Positions 46,323 through 55,523 of a stretch of DNA of 64,000 nucleotides are shown piece by piece; within the stretch, counting starts at the first letter, position 1, and every line of letters begins with the position of its first letter. Both the position numbers and the translations under genes were made by a program. The stretch is from Archangium sp. Lineage in GTDB: Bacteria > Myxococcota > Myxococcia > Myxococcales > Myxococcaceae. Under the pieces are notes generated by a model. The model was not told the DNA's origin and did no database searches. It was given only the letters and a program-made list of their open reading frames with translations. The stretch is from assembly GCA_022843845.1 (NCBI GenBank), contig JALHMW010000002.1, forward strand, positions 91,559 through 155,558, in the 5' to 3' direction.

Positions 46323-48299
46323 ATGGCGGCGCTCATGCTCCAGCTCCTCTCGCTGTCGTGCGCTCTCGTGGCTGGCAACATGCCGCCCCCCAACCCGCCG
46401 CCTGCCGTGAAGGCCGAAGAGAAGAAGATCGTCGACGAGAAGAAGGCTGCCGAAGCGAGGATCTTCGCCGCCACGCTCGAGACCGATCTCAAGCGGCTGT
46501 GGGTTCGCAGCTCGACCGCCGAGTGGATCAAGGCGACCTACATCACCGACGACACCGAGCGGAACGCGGCGGCGATGAACGAAGACGCCATGGCGTTCAT
46601 CGGCCAGGCCATCAAGAAGTCGCTCACGTACAAGGGCATCAAGCTCGACCCAGAGACCGAGCGCATGTTGGTGCTGCTCAAGGTGTCGCAGTCGCTCCCC
46701 GCGCCGTCTGACGCCACGAAGCGCACCGAGCTCGCCAACACCGCAGCGAAGCTCGAGGGCCTCTACGGCAAGGGCAAGTTCTGCGCTGACGGTCACGTGC
46801 CGGGGAACGCCGAGGCTGACAAGAAGCACTGCAAGGACTTGAGCGAACTCTCCGCCGTGCTCTCGAAGGTCTCGGAGAAGAAGGCCCCCAGCTACGAGGA
46901 GCAGTACGAAGCCTGGCGCGGCTGGCACGAGACCTCGAAGGAGATGCGGCCGCTGTTCACCCGGCTGGTCGAGCTGTCGAACGAGGGCGCGAAGGAGATC
47001 GGCCCGAAGGATCTCGGCGAGCTCTGGCGCAGCGCCTACGACATGAGCCCCGCGGAGTTCGAGACCGAGACCGACCGCCTCTGGAACCAGGTCAAGCCGC
47101 TCTACGATCAGCTCCACTGCTATGTGCGCGGCAAGCTCTCGACGAAGTACGGCGCCGACAAGGTGTCGGCCAGCGGCCCGATTCCGGCGCACCTGCTCGG
47201 CAACATGTGGGCGCAGGAGTGGTCGAACGTCTACCCGATGGTCGAGCCGTACCAGGGCCAGCCCAGCCTCGACGTCACGGCAGGCCTGCAGAAGCTGAAG
47301 AAGGCGAAGAAGCTCGACGAGCAGGGCCTGGTGCGCATCGGCGAGAAGTTCTTCACGTCACTCGGCTTCGATCCGCTGCCGCCGACGTTCTGGGAGCGCA
47401 GCCAGTTCACCAAGCCGCAAGATCGCGACGTCGTCTGTCACGCCAGCGCGTGGGACGTGACCTTCTCGAACGATCTGCGCATCAAGATGTGCATCAAGCT
47501 CGACGAGGAGGATCTGATCACCGTCCACCACGAGCTCGGCCACAACTACTACTTCATGCAGTACTGGCAGAAGCCGGTGCTCTTCCAGCAGGGCGCGAAC
47601 GACGGCTTCCACGAGGCCATCGGAGACGCGCTCACGCTGTCGATCACCCCGAAGTACCTCAAGGACCTCGGCCTCATCGAGACGCTGCCCAAAGACGACA
47701 AGGGCGTGATCAACGTGCAGATGAAGGACGCGCTCGAGAAGATCGCCTTCCTGCCGTTCGGCCGCATGATCGACCAGTGGCGCTGGGACGTCTTCAGCGG
47801 AAAGGTGCCGCCCTCGAAGTACAACGAGCACTGGTGGGCGCTGCGCCTGAAGTACCAGGGCATCGCTCCGGCGAAGGGCGCGCGCGGCGAGGCGTTCTTC
47901 GACCCGGGCGCGAAGTACCACATCCCCGCGAACGTCCCGTACATGCGCTACTTCCTCGCGCGCATCCTCCAGTTCCAGTTCCACCGCGCGATGTGCCAGG
48001 CGGCGGGGCACCAGGGGCCGCTCCACACCTGCAGCGTGTACGGAAACAAGGCCGCCGGTTCGAAGCTCAAGGCCATGCTCGAGCTCGGTGCGTCGAAGCC
48101 GTGGCCCGACGCGCTCGAGGTGATGACCGGCCAGCGCCAGATGGATGCCTCGGCCCTCGTCGACTACTTCGCGCCGCTCCAGACCTGGCTCGCCGAGCAG
48201 AACAAGGGCCAGCGTTGTGGCTGGTCGGCCAGCGCAGGCCCCACCGAGCCGCCGAAAACCGAGCCCGCGAAGGCGGCTCCGACGAAGACCGGCAAGTGA
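46323..48299 (+). CDS. Peptidyl-dipeptidase A (angiotensin-converting-enzyme-like, MEROPS M2) homolog, secreted
   Basis: Zinc site HHELGHNYY with the downstream [12 protein letters not shown] (ACE HEMGH...E signature). About 650 aa. Hydrophobic N-terminus. Confidence 0.85.
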   Translation: MAALMLQLLSLSCALVAGNMPPPNPPPAVKAEEKKIVDEKKAAEARIFAATLETDLKRLWVRSSTAEWIKATYITDDTERNAAAMNEDAMAFIGQAIKKSLTYKGIKLDPETERMLVLLKVSQSLPAPSDATKRTELANTAAKLEGLYGKGKFCADGHVPGNAEADKKHCKDLSELSAVLSKVSEKKAPSYEEQYEAWRGWHETSKEMRPLFTRLVELSNEGAKEIGPKDLGELWRSAYDMSPAEFETETDRLWNQVKPLYDQLHCYVRGKLSTKYGADKVSASGPIPAHLLGNMWAQEWSNVYPMVEPYQGQPSLDVTAGLQKLKKAKKLDEQGLVRIGEKFFTSLGFDPLPPTFWERSQFTKPQDRDVVCHASAWDVTFSNDLRIKMCIKLDEEDLITVHHELGHNYYFMQYWQKPVLFQQGANDGFHEAIGDALTLSITPKYLKDLGLIETLPKDDKGVINVQMKDALEKIAFLPFGRMIDQWRWDVFSGKVPPSKYNEHWWALRLKYQGIAPAKGARGEAFFDPGAKYHIPANVPYMRYFLARILQFQFHRAMCQAAGHQGPLHTCSVYGNKAAGSKLKAMLELGASKPWPDALEVMTGQRQMDASALVDYFAPLQTWLAEQNKGQRCGWSASAGPTEPPKTEPAKAAPTKTGK

Positions 48300-48365
48300 G
48301 TCAACCGACTGGAAAAACTCGTCTTTCGGCTGGTTGAGGCCTCCCTGACAGAGCGCCTGTGAAGA

Positions 48366-48395
48366 GCCCGGCCCAAACGCCGGGCTTTTTTCTTT
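48366..48395 (+). terminator. Rho-independent terminator after the ACE-like gene
   Basis: GCCCGGC-ccaaac-GCCGGGC followed by TTTTTTCTTT. Confidence 0.7.
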
Positions 48396-48448
48396 GTCCC
48401 GTTTGGTGTTCATCCTGCCCCCGGGCGTGGGTCGCTTCAGGAGTACGA

Positions 48449-48922
48449 ATGAAGATGGTGGATGTGGGCGCGAAGGCAAAGACGGAGCGGGTCGCGGTCG
48501 CCAGGGGCAGGGTGCGCATGTCGAGCCAGGCCCTCGCTGCCGTGCGCGATCGCACGGTGGAGAAGGGTGACGTGCTCGCGGCCGCGCGCGTCGCCGCCAT
48601 CATGGGCGCGAAGAAGACCCCTGATCTCGTTCCGCTCTGTCACCCGATCAGCCTCTCTGGCGTCGAGGTCGATCTCTCGGCGGGGTCGGTCGGCGTCGAT
48701 ATCAAGGTGACCGTGAAGACAGTCGACCGTACCGGCGTCGAGATGGAGGCGCTCACGGCCGTCTCGGCGGCGGCGCTGACGGTGTACGACATGCTCAAGT
48801 CCATCGATCGCGGCATGGCGATCGAGTCGATTCAGCTCGAGCACAAGAGCGGTGGGCGCTCAGGCGTGTGGACGCGTGCAGAGATCGCACAGGCGAAGTT
48901 GAAGGCCAGGAGGAAATCGTGA
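48449..48922 (+). CDS. moaC: Cyclic pyranopterin monophosphate synthase MoaC
   Basis: MKMVDVGAKAKTERVAVA.., DLVPLCHPISL, EMEALTAVSAAALTVYDM. AGGAG SD. Confidence 0.9.
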   Translation: MKMVDVGAKAKTERVAVARGRVRMSSQALAAVRDRTVEKGDVLAAARVAAIMGAKKTPDLVPLCHPISLSGVEVDLSAGSVGVDIKVTVKTVDRTGVEMEALTAVSAAALTVYDMLKSIDRGMAIESIQLEHKSGGRSGVWTRAEIAQAKLKARRKS

Positions 48923-49866
48923 CGTCACTCGTTCTCGCGCTTGCGTTGTCTGCGTTGCCGGTCGATCCGCTCGTGCCGGGCAGCCCCGTCATGCTGCGCG
49001 GCCACACCGATGTCGTCACCGCGCTCGCCTTCAGCCCCGACGGGGCCTCCATCGTCTCGGGCAGCCGGGACAAGTCGGTGCGCTTCTGGAGCCTCGAGAC
49101 CGGCGCCGTCACGCTCACCATTCCCGGCGCCCGGGAGCAGCCCGTCTCGCTCGCCTTCACCGCTGACGGCAAACGCCTCGCCATCGGAGACTCGTCGTTC
49201 GAGGTGCGCGTCGTCGAGGTGCCGTCGGGTACCGTCGTGCAGACCATCCTCCACCCCGACACGCTCTCGCAGGTGGCGTTCGACCCTTCGGGCGAGCGCC
49301 TCGTGGTGACCGGCTTCAACGGCAACGCCGCGATCTACTCGGTGAAGGACGGCAAGAAGCTGCTGACCTTGCGGGCCACCTCGGTCGGCATGTTGCCGGA
49401 CGGGAAGGAGGCCGTCGTCGCGACGTCCGATAACCTCCTGCGTACGCTCGAGCTGAAGACCGGCAAGTCGAAGAAGGACGTGTCGATGGAGACTCAGGCG
49501 TCGATGGTGGTGCTGTCTCGAGACGGCTCGGCGCTGCTGACCTGGAGCCCGAAGTCTGCCGACGTGCAGGTGTGGGACCGGAAGACGGGCAAGGTGAGCG
49601 CGACCCTCAAGGGCCCCGTGGCCGACGCCTCGATGCCCGAGAAGCGCATCGGCACCGAGCTCGTCTCGGCGGTCGTCTCGGTCGACGGCAAGGTGCTGGT
49701 GACGTCGTCGGTCGACAAGGCCATTCGGGTCTGGAACATCGCGGCCGGGACGATCACGAAGACCTTCCCGGTTCAGCAGCAGGTGAGGCTCGCGCTGTCG
49801 GCGGACGGGATGTGGGTTGCCGCGGCTGATACGGGCGCGGTGAAGCTCTTCAAGCTCACCCCCTGA
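48919..49866 (+). CDS. Secreted WD40 beta-propeller repeat protein
   Basis: The GTG start overlaps the moaC stop (GTGA); AGGAGG SD. Signal peptide. WD repeats (GHTDVVTALAFSPDGASIVSGSRDKSVRFW..). Confidence 0.75.
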   Translation: MTSLVLALALSALPVDPLVPGSPVMLRGHTDVVTALAFSPDGASIVSGSRDKSVRFWSLETGAVTLTIPGAREQPVSLAFTADGKRLAIGDSSFEVRVVEVPSGTVVQTILHPDTLSQVAFDPSGERLVVTGFNGNAAIYSVKDGKKLLTLRATSVGMLPDGKEAVVATSDNLLRTLELKTGKSKKDVSMETQASMVVLSRDGSALLTWSPKSADVQVWDRKTGKVSATLKGPVADASMPEKRIGTELVSAVVSVDGKVLVTSSVDKAIRVWNIAAGTITKTFPVQQQVRLALSADGMWVAAADTGAVKLFKLTP

Positions 49867-50416
49867 GCGCGCCGGGGCCCAGGGCATCGAAGAGAAATGC
49901 CGCCAGCACCAGCGAGTGGGAGATCTCCCCCGTCGTCACCAGCCGGCCGATGTCCTTCCGCTCGGCCAGCACCACCTCGATGTCCTCGCTGCCGTCCTGG
50001 TGGCCGGCGTGCACCTGCCGACAGTCGCGGGCGAGGTAGCTGTGGAGGCGGTTCGTCTGAATCGCGGGGTTGGGCGTGGACATGCCCAGCCGTTCCACTG
50101 AGCCTGGAACGAACCCGGTCTCTTCTTCGAGTTCACGCACGGCTGCGGCCTGAGGGTCATCCTCATGGGGGTCGACCATGCCGCCGGGGATCTCCAGGGT
50201 GTTCGACCAGGTGCCGAAGCGGAACTGCCGGACCAGGATGACGCGCTGATCGGTGGTGAGGGCGATGACATTGACCCAGTCAGGACACTCCAGCACCGTG
50301 CGCACGTACTCGGCGCCGTTACGAGGAGCCGTGACGTCGAGCGTTCGAGCCTTGAAGATGCGAAAGTCACGTTCAACGCGGGTCCGAAGCAACGTCCACG
50401 GGCGGGGTTCGGGCAT
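49856..50416 (-). CDS. Nudix hydrolase, ADP-ribose pyrophosphatase-like
   Basis: Nudix box GGMVDPHEDDPQAAAVRELEEETGF. Internal ATG MPEPRPW chosen; the long track N-extension is R/H-rich shadow. Confidence 0.75.
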   Translation of the reverse strand: MPEPRPWTLLRTRVERDFRIFKARTLDVTAPRNGAEYVRTVLECPDWVNVIALTTDQRVILVRQFRFGTWSNTLEIPGGMVDPHEDDPQAAAVRELEEETGFVPGSVERLGMSTPNPAIQTNRLHSYLARDCRQVHAGHQDGSEDIEVVLAERKDIGRLVTTGEISHSLVLAAFLFDALGPGALRG

Positions 50417-50491
50417 GGCGCGGGTATCGCACGAGGCCGGCCCGTGCGTGGAGTGGTCGATGCGACTGGAGACGATGACGGAGGCCGCCGC

Positions 50492-51448
50492 ATGATCCCC
50501 CTCGACGCGGCCGGGGCGATCGTCGTGCTCGAGCTCGAGCGTGCCTACGGCCTGGGCTTCGTCGCGCCCAACGGCCGCATCGTGACCAACTTCCACGTGG
50601 TGGCGAACGAGAAGACGATCACCGCGCACCTCTCGGACGGCAGGACGTTGCCGGTGCAGGCCGTCTGCTCGGTCGATCTGAAGCGCGATCTCGCCGTGCT
50701 CGACGTGGGGCTGCTCGACGCGTCGCCCGTTCGGCCTGCAAGCGTGAAGCTCGCTGCCGAGGGGCAGACCATCTACGTGTTCGGGCTCGTCGCGAGTGAA
50801 GACCGCGTGCGGTGGGTCGAAGCGGTGCTCGGCCCTGCGCAGGTCGTCGGCCCCGGGCTCACGGTGTACACGCTCCAGGGCTCGGTCCCTGCCGATGCGT
50901 CGGGTGGGCCGCTGGTCGGTGCCGACGGCACGGTGCTGGGCGTGGTGACGATGGCCGAGAGCGAGGACGGCCTGGTCGCCCTTGGCGTGCCGTGGAAACA
51001 CGTCGAGCCGCTGATGCCGCTCAACCAGCAGCTGCCGCTCGCCGCGCTCCACCGGCCGAAGCGCGGGCCGTCACGCCAGGTTCCGCAGCACCCGGTCTCG
51101 CTCCTCGATGGGTCGAACCTGGCCGGGCTCGAGGCCACCACGCGCGCCATCGCCGTGGCGATTCAACAGGGCGCGCCCGCGTACAACGACGGCGACATCG
51201 AGAAGTGTTTCCGGCTCTACCAGCAGGTCGCCAGGCAGCTCATCGACTCGCGCACCGACTGCCCGGGCGTGCAGACGGCGCTGCGTGACGGGCTCAAGCG
51301 CGCGGGCGGCATGATGGACGTCGATCATCAAGCGTGGGCGATGCGAGACACCTTCGACGGGCTGCTGACGGTGATCGAGAAGTTCATGCGCGCGCGCCTG
51401 GGCATCGGGGTCGCGACCGCGCCGGGCAAACCGACGCTCCTCAACTGA
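50492..51448 (+). CDS. Trypsin-like (S1/Trypsin_2) serine protease-like protein with a helical C-terminal domain
   Basis: TNFHVV (His), DLAVLDV (Asp), GSVPADASGGPLVGADGTVLGVV (GxSGGP-like Ser site). Confidence 0.6.
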   Translation: MIPLDAAGAIVVLELERAYGLGFVAPNGRIVTNFHVVANEKTITAHLSDGRTLPVQAVCSVDLKRDLAVLDVGLLDASPVRPASVKLAAEGQTIYVFGLVASEDRVRWVEAVLGPAQVVGPGLTVYTLQGSVPADASGGPLVGADGTVLGVVTMAESEDGLVALGVPWKHVEPLMPLNQQLPLAALHRPKRGPSRQVPQHPVSLLDGSNLAGLEATTRAIAVAIQQGAPAYNDGDIEKCFRLYQQVARQLIDSRTDCPGVQTALRDGLKRAGGMMDVDHQAWAMRDTFDGLLTVIEKFMRARLGIGVATAPGKPTLLN

Positions 51449-52294
51449 ATGAGGCGCTCGTTCCTCTGCCCCCTCAGCTCAAGACGGGTTGTCCTCCTGT
51501 CACTGTGGCTGGCACAAGTGGCCTCCGGCTCGAGCATCGACAAGGCCGCGGTGAACGAGGTCATCGCCGCGCACAGAGCTGAGATCAGACAGTGCTACGA
51601 GCGAGCGCTCGTCGCGAAGCCGGAGCTGCACGGCAAGGTGACGGTGCGGTTCCTGATCGCTCCTTCCGGCAAGGTGAAGAGCACGCGCATCGTAGAGTCG
51701 ACGGCGTCGAACGCGCCCCTCGAGCGGTGCGTCGCCGAACGCGTCGGCACGTGGGTCTTCGCCAAGCACACCGGCGACGACCTCCAGATCACCTATCCGT
51801 TCGTCTTCGCGCTCGCCGAGGAGCATCGCGAGGCTCCTCACTTCATCAGGAACGCGGCACCGAATGCGAAGGTCGGGTGGCGGGCAGTGAGGGGCACGCT
51901 CCGTGGCATGCCTGGCTGCGAGCGCGGCTGCAGGCTCCCTGGTGAGTTGGCGTCGGCCTGCGCAGCGTTCGCGGAAGCGCTGATTCGCCTCGAAGACGGT
52001 CAGCCGCTCGAGGTGGTGATCGCGCCCCTTCAGCGCGAGGTGGTCGAGACGTGCTGCGACGAGGTGTTCGACGCGCTCCAGGCGCAAGAGAGCGCGTCTG
52101 TGCTCGATCGCTACACGATCTGGTGTGGCGCAGATCGCGCCGCTCCCGAAGGCACGTGTGGAGCGGCGAGCTGCCCGGCTGTCGAGCGCTTCTGGGTGGG
52201 GTTCGAGCGACGCTTCGGGTCAGGTGTCCGGACAGACGCTGGCACTCCGAGAACCCTGGCTAAGGAACGAGCACTCACTTCTCCCAGCCCTTGA
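51449..52294 (+). CDS. Secreted protein with an AgmX/PglI-type TonB-C-like domain plus a Cys-rich C-terminal domain
   Basis: AVNEVIAAHRAEIRQCYERALVAKPELHGKVTVRFLIAPSGKV resembles the myxobacterial TonB-C-like domain. Starts 1 nt after the protease stop. Confidence 0.45.
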   Translation: MRRSFLCPLSSRRVVLLSLWLAQVASGSSIDKAAVNEVIAAHRAEIRQCYERALVAKPELHGKVTVRFLIAPSGKVKSTRIVESTASNAPLERCVAERVGTWVFAKHTGDDLQITYPFVFALAEEHREAPHFIRNAAPNAKVGWRAVRGTLRGMPGCERGCRLPGELASACAAFAEALIRLEDGQPLEVVIAPLQREVVETCCDEVFDALQAQESASVLDRYTIWCGADRAAPEGTCGAASCPAVERFWVGFERRFGSGVRTDAGTPRTLAKERALTSPSP

Positions 52295-52406
52295 AGAGGC
52301 GCGACTCGCCGCCCGCGACGTACGGTTCGCCGAGGCGGCCCTCAATGAGGTTCTCGGACAGCTCGAAGCGATGGAAGTGCCTCCGCGGCCGAGCGAGAAC
52401 TTCAGC

Positions 52407-53390
52407 TCAGGGCCAGACGAGCTGCTCCATCGCGCCACTCGCGCGCTTCACCTCGAGCTCGGCCGGTGCGCCCTTGAACCGGATGCGCGCGAGCACGTGC
52501 GGCAGCGCAGGGGCCTGGTCGACGGTCAACACCACGTCACCCGCCTGGAGCTTTCCGTCACCCGTCAGCACGCCCGTGCCCGGGAGGCCTTTCGCGAGGG
52601 CGGCGGCCTGTTGCTCGGTGGCCGACGGGGCGAGCAGCCGGGCGCGGTTCTGCTGGGCGATCTCTCGCTGGAGTGCATCGCCGTTCTCGTCGGCCGCGCC
52701 CATCCACTGCATCGAGGCTGGGGTCGCCGCGACGACGATCGCCGGGGCAGGGCTCACGGTTCGGCTCGCGGCGTGATCGGCGGCGTGACGCATGGCCGCA
52801 GAGACGATGGAGTCGACCAGCGCCGTCAGCTGCGGCGCCGGGTCCCACTCCGCTTCAGGCGGCGGCACCGCGAACGGGTCGACGGTCACCTGGCCAGACA
52901 CCTCGATGAGCGTCGTAGAGGAGGAGGGGTGCAGCACCTCGGCGCGCACGAGCCACGTCGTCTCTTCGTTCGACGACCCTCCGCGAGCCTGCCCCTTGAG
53001 GGACTCGGCCTGCGTCGTCGAGCTGGCCACGCGCCGCTCGATGGTCACCCGCAGCACCGCGCCCTGGTCGGGCCTCGAGCCCGACTTCACCAGCACGGGG
53101 ATCGCGTCGCTCGCCACCCACGCGTTGTCGACCGCGGGCTTCATCACCTTGAACTCGGTCGGCCCGTAGAAGGCCAGCCGATCGCCCGCCTCCTTCACGG
53201 CCCGATCGAGGCTTCGCTGGGAGAGCTCGAACACCCGGGGCGGGCTGGGCTCCATGCCGGTGATGCCGACGGGGTAGACGAAGACGGTGGTGAGCTGGAG
53301 CGGCTGCGGCGGCGCCTTCACGACGCGCGACAGGCCTGAGCACCCCGTCAGCACCACGACTGCCGCGACCACCCCGAGCCGGCGATTCAT
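52407..53390 (-). CDS. Lipoprotein, hypothetical
   Basis: GGAGG SD. MNRRLGVVAAVVVLTGCSG lipobox. 327 aa. Confidence 0.5.
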   Translation of the reverse strand: MNRRLGVVAAVVVLTGCSGLSRVVKAPPQPLQLTTVFVYPVGITGMEPSPPRVFELSQRSLDRAVKEAGDRLAFYGPTEFKVMKPAVDNAWVASDAIPVLVKSGSRPDQGAVLRVTIERRVASSTTQAESLKGQARGGSSNEETTWLVRAEVLHPSSSTTLIEVSGQVTVDPFAVPPPEAEWDPAPQLTALVDSIVSAAMRHAADHAASRTVSPAPAIVVAATPASMQWMGAADENGDALQREIAQQNRARLLAPSATEQQAAALAKGLPGTGVLTGDGKLQAGDVVLTVDQAPALPHVLARIRFKGAPAELEVKRASGAMEQLVWP

Positions 53391-53414
53391 GTCCCCTCCG
53401 CAGCAGAAAAAACT

Positions 53415-53514
53415 GAGTGCCGGCCTGTTCGGCTTTCCTCGCTCGATCACGTCCTCGGGGCCTTGTGGGCACCACGAATCTTGTGTCGGGAGGACCGCGA
53501 ACGGGCCGGCACTC
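53415..53514. repeat. 17-bp inverted repeat (16/17 match) flanking a 66-nt spacer between grx and the lipoprotein gene
   Basis: GAGTGCCGGCCTGTTCG at 53415-53431 versus the reverse complement of CGAACGGGCCGGCACTC at 53498-53514. Confidence 0.5.
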
Positions 53515-53595
53515 ACCCACTGCGTAACATGGTTGATCGGTAGGTCTCCAACCCTGTCTGTCGATGCTCGACAGAACGAAAGAAGGCGCCTGAAA

Positions 53596-53883
53596 TCAGG
53601 TGCTTGAGGCGGTGTCCGAACGGGTGGGAGACCCCTCCAGCAGGGGCATGAGCTGGCCCTTCTGGTGCAGCGCGACCATGTCCGAGTAGCCGCCGATGGA
53701 GGTCCCGCCGATGAAGATCTGGGGAACGGTTCGCTGGCCGCTCATTTCGACCAACTTCGCGCGCATGGCGTCGTCGTGGGTGACGTCGATCGCCTGAAAA
53801 GGCACCTGCTTCTCGGTGAGGAAGCGCTCAGCCTGGCGGCAGTAGGGGCAGTAGTCGGTCGCGTAGACGATGACGTCTTTCAT
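53596..53883 (-). CDS. grx: Glutaredoxin
   Basis: MKDVIVYATDYCPYCRQAERFL (CPYC active site), TVPQIFIGG. Confidence 0.85.
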   Translation of the reverse strand: MKDVIVYATDYCPYCRQAERFLTEKQVPFQAIDVTHDDAMRAKLVEMSGQRTVPQIFIGGTSIGGYSDMVALHQKGQLMPLLEGSPTRSDTASST

Positions 53884-53972
53884 GGGCGCTGGTGTAACGC
53901 GCCGTTCCCGCTTCCGCATCGGCTGACTGAACCGCTTGCCCTCGTTCGGGTTTTCAGTGACGACCCGGCGGC

Positions 53973-55520
53973 GTGGACCAGCGATGGCTTTCTCCGTCGA
54001 GGCTGACCGTGGTGGCGGCCGTCGCCATGCTGGTGGCTGGGGTGCTGGGGCCCTTCGTGGGCGAGCTGGTCTCGTTCCGCGTGCCGCAGCTGGTGATCTC
54101 GGGGCTTCTGGTCGCCGGCTGGTGGAGGCGCCCGGTCGACTTCACGCTCGCGCTCGATCCGAGGGCGTGGCGGCTGCTGCTGATCGCGAGCTTCGTCTGG
54201 CTGCAGCTCGTCGCCCTCACGTGGTTCTTCGGGTTCCGCGTCAACGGCGTCGAGTTCAGCATCTTCGACTGGATGCTCGAGAGCACCCACCGCGGGCGGT
54301 TCGGGTACTCGCCGATTTCCGACGTGAACCACTTCGGCGTACACTCCAGCTTCATCCTGCTGCTCTGGGTACCGCTGCACGAGCTGTACGACTCGCCGCT
54401 GTGGCTGGTGGTGAGCGCGCCGTTGGTGGTGTGGCTGGGCATCTTCCCGCTCCGTCGCCTGGTGCGGCTGTCATGTGGCGGTCCTCACGGAGCCCTCGAG
54501 CTCGCGGCGGTGCTCCTGTGGGTGTCGAACGCGTGGATGGGCCGGTCGCTCGAGAGCGGGTTCCGGCCCGAGCTGTTGCTCCCGCTGCTGACGCTCTGGT
54601 TCCTGGTGGGGTGGATCGAGCGCAACGACGAGATCGTCGGGCTCTCCCTGGTCTCGCTACTGTGCACGAAGGAAGACTCGGTGTTTTTCGTGCTGGGCTT
54701 CGTCTTGCTCGCGACGTTGGTGGAGCGCTGGCGATGGCGACAGGCGCTGCTGCTCACCCTCGTCTGCGTCGGCTGGCTGGGCCTCTACGTCGGCCTCCTG
54801 CAGCCACGGCTCACCGGGCACACGCACGCGGGCGCCTGGGCGGCCTGGAGCGACTTCGGGACGACGCCGCGCGCCGTGGTGATGGGCATGCTGAACCACC
54901 CCTGGAGCGTGGTGACGAAGGTGGCGACGTCGCGCTGGTGGGTGTTCTTCCTGCCGCTGTTGCTGATCCCGTTCCGCTCGGTGCGCGCGGTGGGGGGCCT
55001 CTTGCCAACGGTGGTGCTCCTCGGCGCGTCGAACTTCCCGATGATGCGCGAGCTCGGCGGTGCGTACGCGTTGCCGCTCCTGGCGTTCTCGGTGTTCGGC
55101 GTGCTCGACGTCTGGGCGGTGTGGCGCACCTCACGCGCCGCAAAGTGGGGTGAAGGCGTCGTGCTGGTGGCCTTCGCGCTCTTCGCCGGCATCGGGAGCG
55201 GCTCCCCACGAGCCATCCCCGTTCAGCTCGAGCTGCACGGTCAGCTACAGCGCGCATGGGAGGAAGCGAAGCGAGCGCCGATCGTCTGCGCGCAGACCGC
55301 GTTGTTCCCGCACCTCGGGTACTCGCGAAGGCTGATGCCCCTGTCGAACCTCGAGTGCCTTCGCCGCCCCGGCGCGGTGGCGCTGGTGCACCTGGAGATG
55401 GACGCGTTCCCTCACGAGCCCCGCAGGTTTCTCGAGGTGGTGAAGGGCTGGCAGACCGAGTTCCAGTGGCGAGAACTCGAAGGCGGGTTCCTCCTCATCG
55501 GGCCGGCCGCAGGCAAGTGA
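53973..55520 (+). CDS. Polytopic membrane protein, DUF2079-like (possible GT-C-fold protein)
   Basis: At least 10 predicted TM helices, HF-containing loop motifs (SDVNHFGVHSSF), a soluble C-terminal domain. GTG start at 53973; an ATG alternative is at 54027. Family name recalled, not verified. Confidence 0.55.
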   Translation: MDQRWLSPSRLTVVAAVAMLVAGVLGPFVGELVSFRVPQLVISGLLVAGWWRRPVDFTLALDPRAWRLLLIASFVWLQLVALTWFFGFRVNGVEFSIFDWMLESTHRGRFGYSPISDVNHFGVHSSFILLLWVPLHELYDSPLWLVVSAPLVVWLGIFPLRRLVRLSCGGPHGALELAAVLLWVSNAWMGRSLESGFRPELLLPLLTLWFLVGWIERNDEIVGLSLVSLLCTKEDSVFFVLGFVLLATLVERWRWRQALLLTLVCVGWLGLYVGLLQPRLTGHTHAGAWAAWSDFGTTPRAVVMGMLNHPWSVVTKVATSRWWVFFLPLLLIPFRSVRAVGGLLPTVVLLGASNFPMMRELGGAYALPLLAFSVFGVLDVWAVWRTSRAAKWGEGVVLVAFALFAGIGSGSPRAIPVQLELHGQLQRAWEEAKRAPIVCAQTALFPHLGYSRRLMPLSNLECLRRPGAVALVHLEMDAFPHEPRRFLEVVKGWQTEFQWRELEGGFLLIGPAAGK

Positions 55521-55523
55521 CGG

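Noticed and set aside
48301-48340. Imperfect inverted repeat tcaaccgactgg..cggctggttga just after the ACE-like stop
   Set aside because: Only about 6-7 bp pair. The convincing terminator is the GC hairpin plus T-run at 48366-48395.
45704-48479. ORFs 45704..46711 (+), 45864..47192 (-), 47207..48337 (+), 47358..48479 (-)
   Set aside because: Alternative-frame and antisense shadows over the lipoprotein and ACE-like genes. The ACE frame carries the HExxH...E zinc signature.
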